64,000 bases of DNA, from the NCBI GenBank assembly GCA_030704615.1, contig CM060732.1, forward strand, positions 49,352,001-49,416,000, in the 5' to 3' direction. Shown in pieces: positions 62,701 to 64,000 of this stretch. A model generated the notes under the pieces. It ran no database searches. It was not told the origin of the DNA and saw only the letters and a list, made by a program, of their open reading frames with translations. Both the position numbers and the translations under genes were made by a program. Positions within the stretch are counted from its first letter, which is position 1. Each line of letters starts with the position of its first letter. Origin of the DNA: Takakia lepidozioides (Eukaryota > Plantae > Bryophyta).

Positions 62701-63902
62701 AAAAGGGTATTCCATTGGGGGTATTCGAAGATGTTTGAATTGATATAGTTATTCATAGACATTTCCAGAAAAACATGTACCTGGTTGATACCCAAAACTG
62801 GTAGGTATGGACTCTGCAATATCCAGAACCGGCGGGTATTAGAAAATCAATGCGGTACCTGGAAGTGTGGGATGTTAAAGTTCAAACCATAGGGGATCTA
62901 CAAAAGTTCATACCCACACAATCCATAGGTAGACTCATTCAATATTTACGTACTGTGCTAATCAAGATGGCTACCAATGCAGGCTTGCCAGTCCCTCCTG
63001 AAGATGCCTGGTCGAGTCCTAAAGCGACCTCCATCCCTGATGCTGAACACAAGCCACAGTTCTGAGGATCCTACAGAGCACATGGTGTCTTCGTCTGCAG
63101 GGTCACCCTTGGAGTCCCCTAAAGAGCATCAATCCTCATTCGAAGCATCTGAAGAAGGGGTCAACAACCTAGATAACAAGCTCAAGCTACTGAGAGCTGT
63201 GCAGCACAATGTCTCCAGTCGTACTCTCACTACTCTTGCCTCAGAGCATATCCAACTGAACTCCAAGCAAAAGAGTAAACAAGAAGAAGCCGTCCTTGCT
63301 GAAGATGGCAAAATAATCATGCACAATGCCAACTATTACTCAACCGTACTTGATGCAACATCACCCATGGATCTCAGCATTGAGCAACAAGCCATTGCCA
63401 ATCAGTGGCATGAGAGATCCCAGATGGGTGATGTATCAGCGTCTCACAATGATGACAATAAATTCAGATATGGCAACGGTGTTCACATGGCCGCACTTGC
63501 CGGGGTGGAGCCTGAGGTGGCATATCCTACAGGTTACTATTCCTCTCAGACAACCATTTGCCTCAAGCCCCCCTCAAATGGCATGTACAGTAGTCAGCAA
63601 ATTACCAGAGGTTGCTTCGATTCTTCCATTCAAGGGGCACCACCAGGGATTAATGATGGACAGGAGAATCATGGAGTTATAAGTAGGAGGAGCACATACA
63701 TGTTAAACGATGTAGTTCTGGAGGAGCATTTTGAGAAAGGAGGAATGTTCGACCTACGGGAGGGGGACCATGATGACAGTGCAAGCTTATTTTCTGAAGG
63801 TGGTCTATCTGTGGAGACTGACATCCCATCTCTTACCATTGTAGATCAGAATAAGAAGGCACAATCAAGTTCAAACCGGCTTCAACATGGAGGTGAAAGG
63901 AG
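50731..63902 (+). CDS. Kinesin-14 with N-terminal calponin-homology domain (KCH type), at least 20 exons, 3' end outside the window
   Basis: Exons are 50731-51046, 51491-51648, 52094-52231, 52679-53057, 53628-53752, 54063-54137, 54738-54815, 55335-55436, 56206-56235, 57161-57502, 57771-57852, 57965-58060, 58323-58502, 58881-58987, 59361-59539, 60001-60165, 60481-60734, 61440-61603, 61810-62028 and 62983-63902. Motifs are CH ([17 protein letters not shown]), neck [26 protein letters not shown] and DLAGSER. Confidence 0.93.
59540..60000 (+). other. U12-type AT-AC intron in the kinesin motor domain
   Basis: The 5' site is ATATCCTTT, the branch site is ACCTTGAC at 59985-59992 and the 3' end is AC. 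Splicing restores ...QKK-LEIRNN in frame. Confidence 0.9.
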
Positions 63903-64000
63903 GTGAGTACTGTGATGAGAAATGTGTACCATCTACATGCCTGGAAGTTCACTGTAACAAGGTATGCCTGTGTTGTTCCGTGGACTGTTACCAGTGCGAA

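Noticed and set aside
1-64000. CRISPR arrays, rRNA or prokaryotic operons
   Set aside because: None were seen; the window is intron-containing plant nuclear DNA.

Overview
Land-plant nuclear DNA, probably from a non-seed plant: it has spliceosomal introns, a DYW-PPR editing factor, a Tcn1-like Ty3/gypsy element and RTE-X-like LINEs. Seven host genes are present: an LPA1-like P-loop NTPase (+), a CYP94-type P450 (+), a type-D-like nsLTP (-), RabF2/Rab5 (+), a GFT1/GONST4 nucleotide-sugar transporter (-), a PLS-DYW PPR protein (-), and a calponin-homology kinesin-14 (+) that runs off the window and contains a U12 AT-AC intron. A decayed CYP94 copy lies 20 kb downstream of the intact gene, and the interval between them (about 12.5-30.6 kb) is a nested TE island. 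The most interesting structure is in that island: degenerate host exons from AGO4/6/9-type Argonaute, an OSB/PDF-motif ssDNA-binding protein, CDKB, an LRR-RLK and a trihelix/Myb domain, ending at a Helitron-type 3' terminus. The fragments all become co-oriented with that terminus once an internal inversion, marked by a split 4-bp target-site duplication, is undone. Other notable signals are a clustered AGGA>ATGA mutation pattern and an extra 3' ORF in the gypsy element, a piggyBac-like MITE, and a cluster of tRNA-derived SINE-like heads. All calls come from manual reading; no database searches were run.
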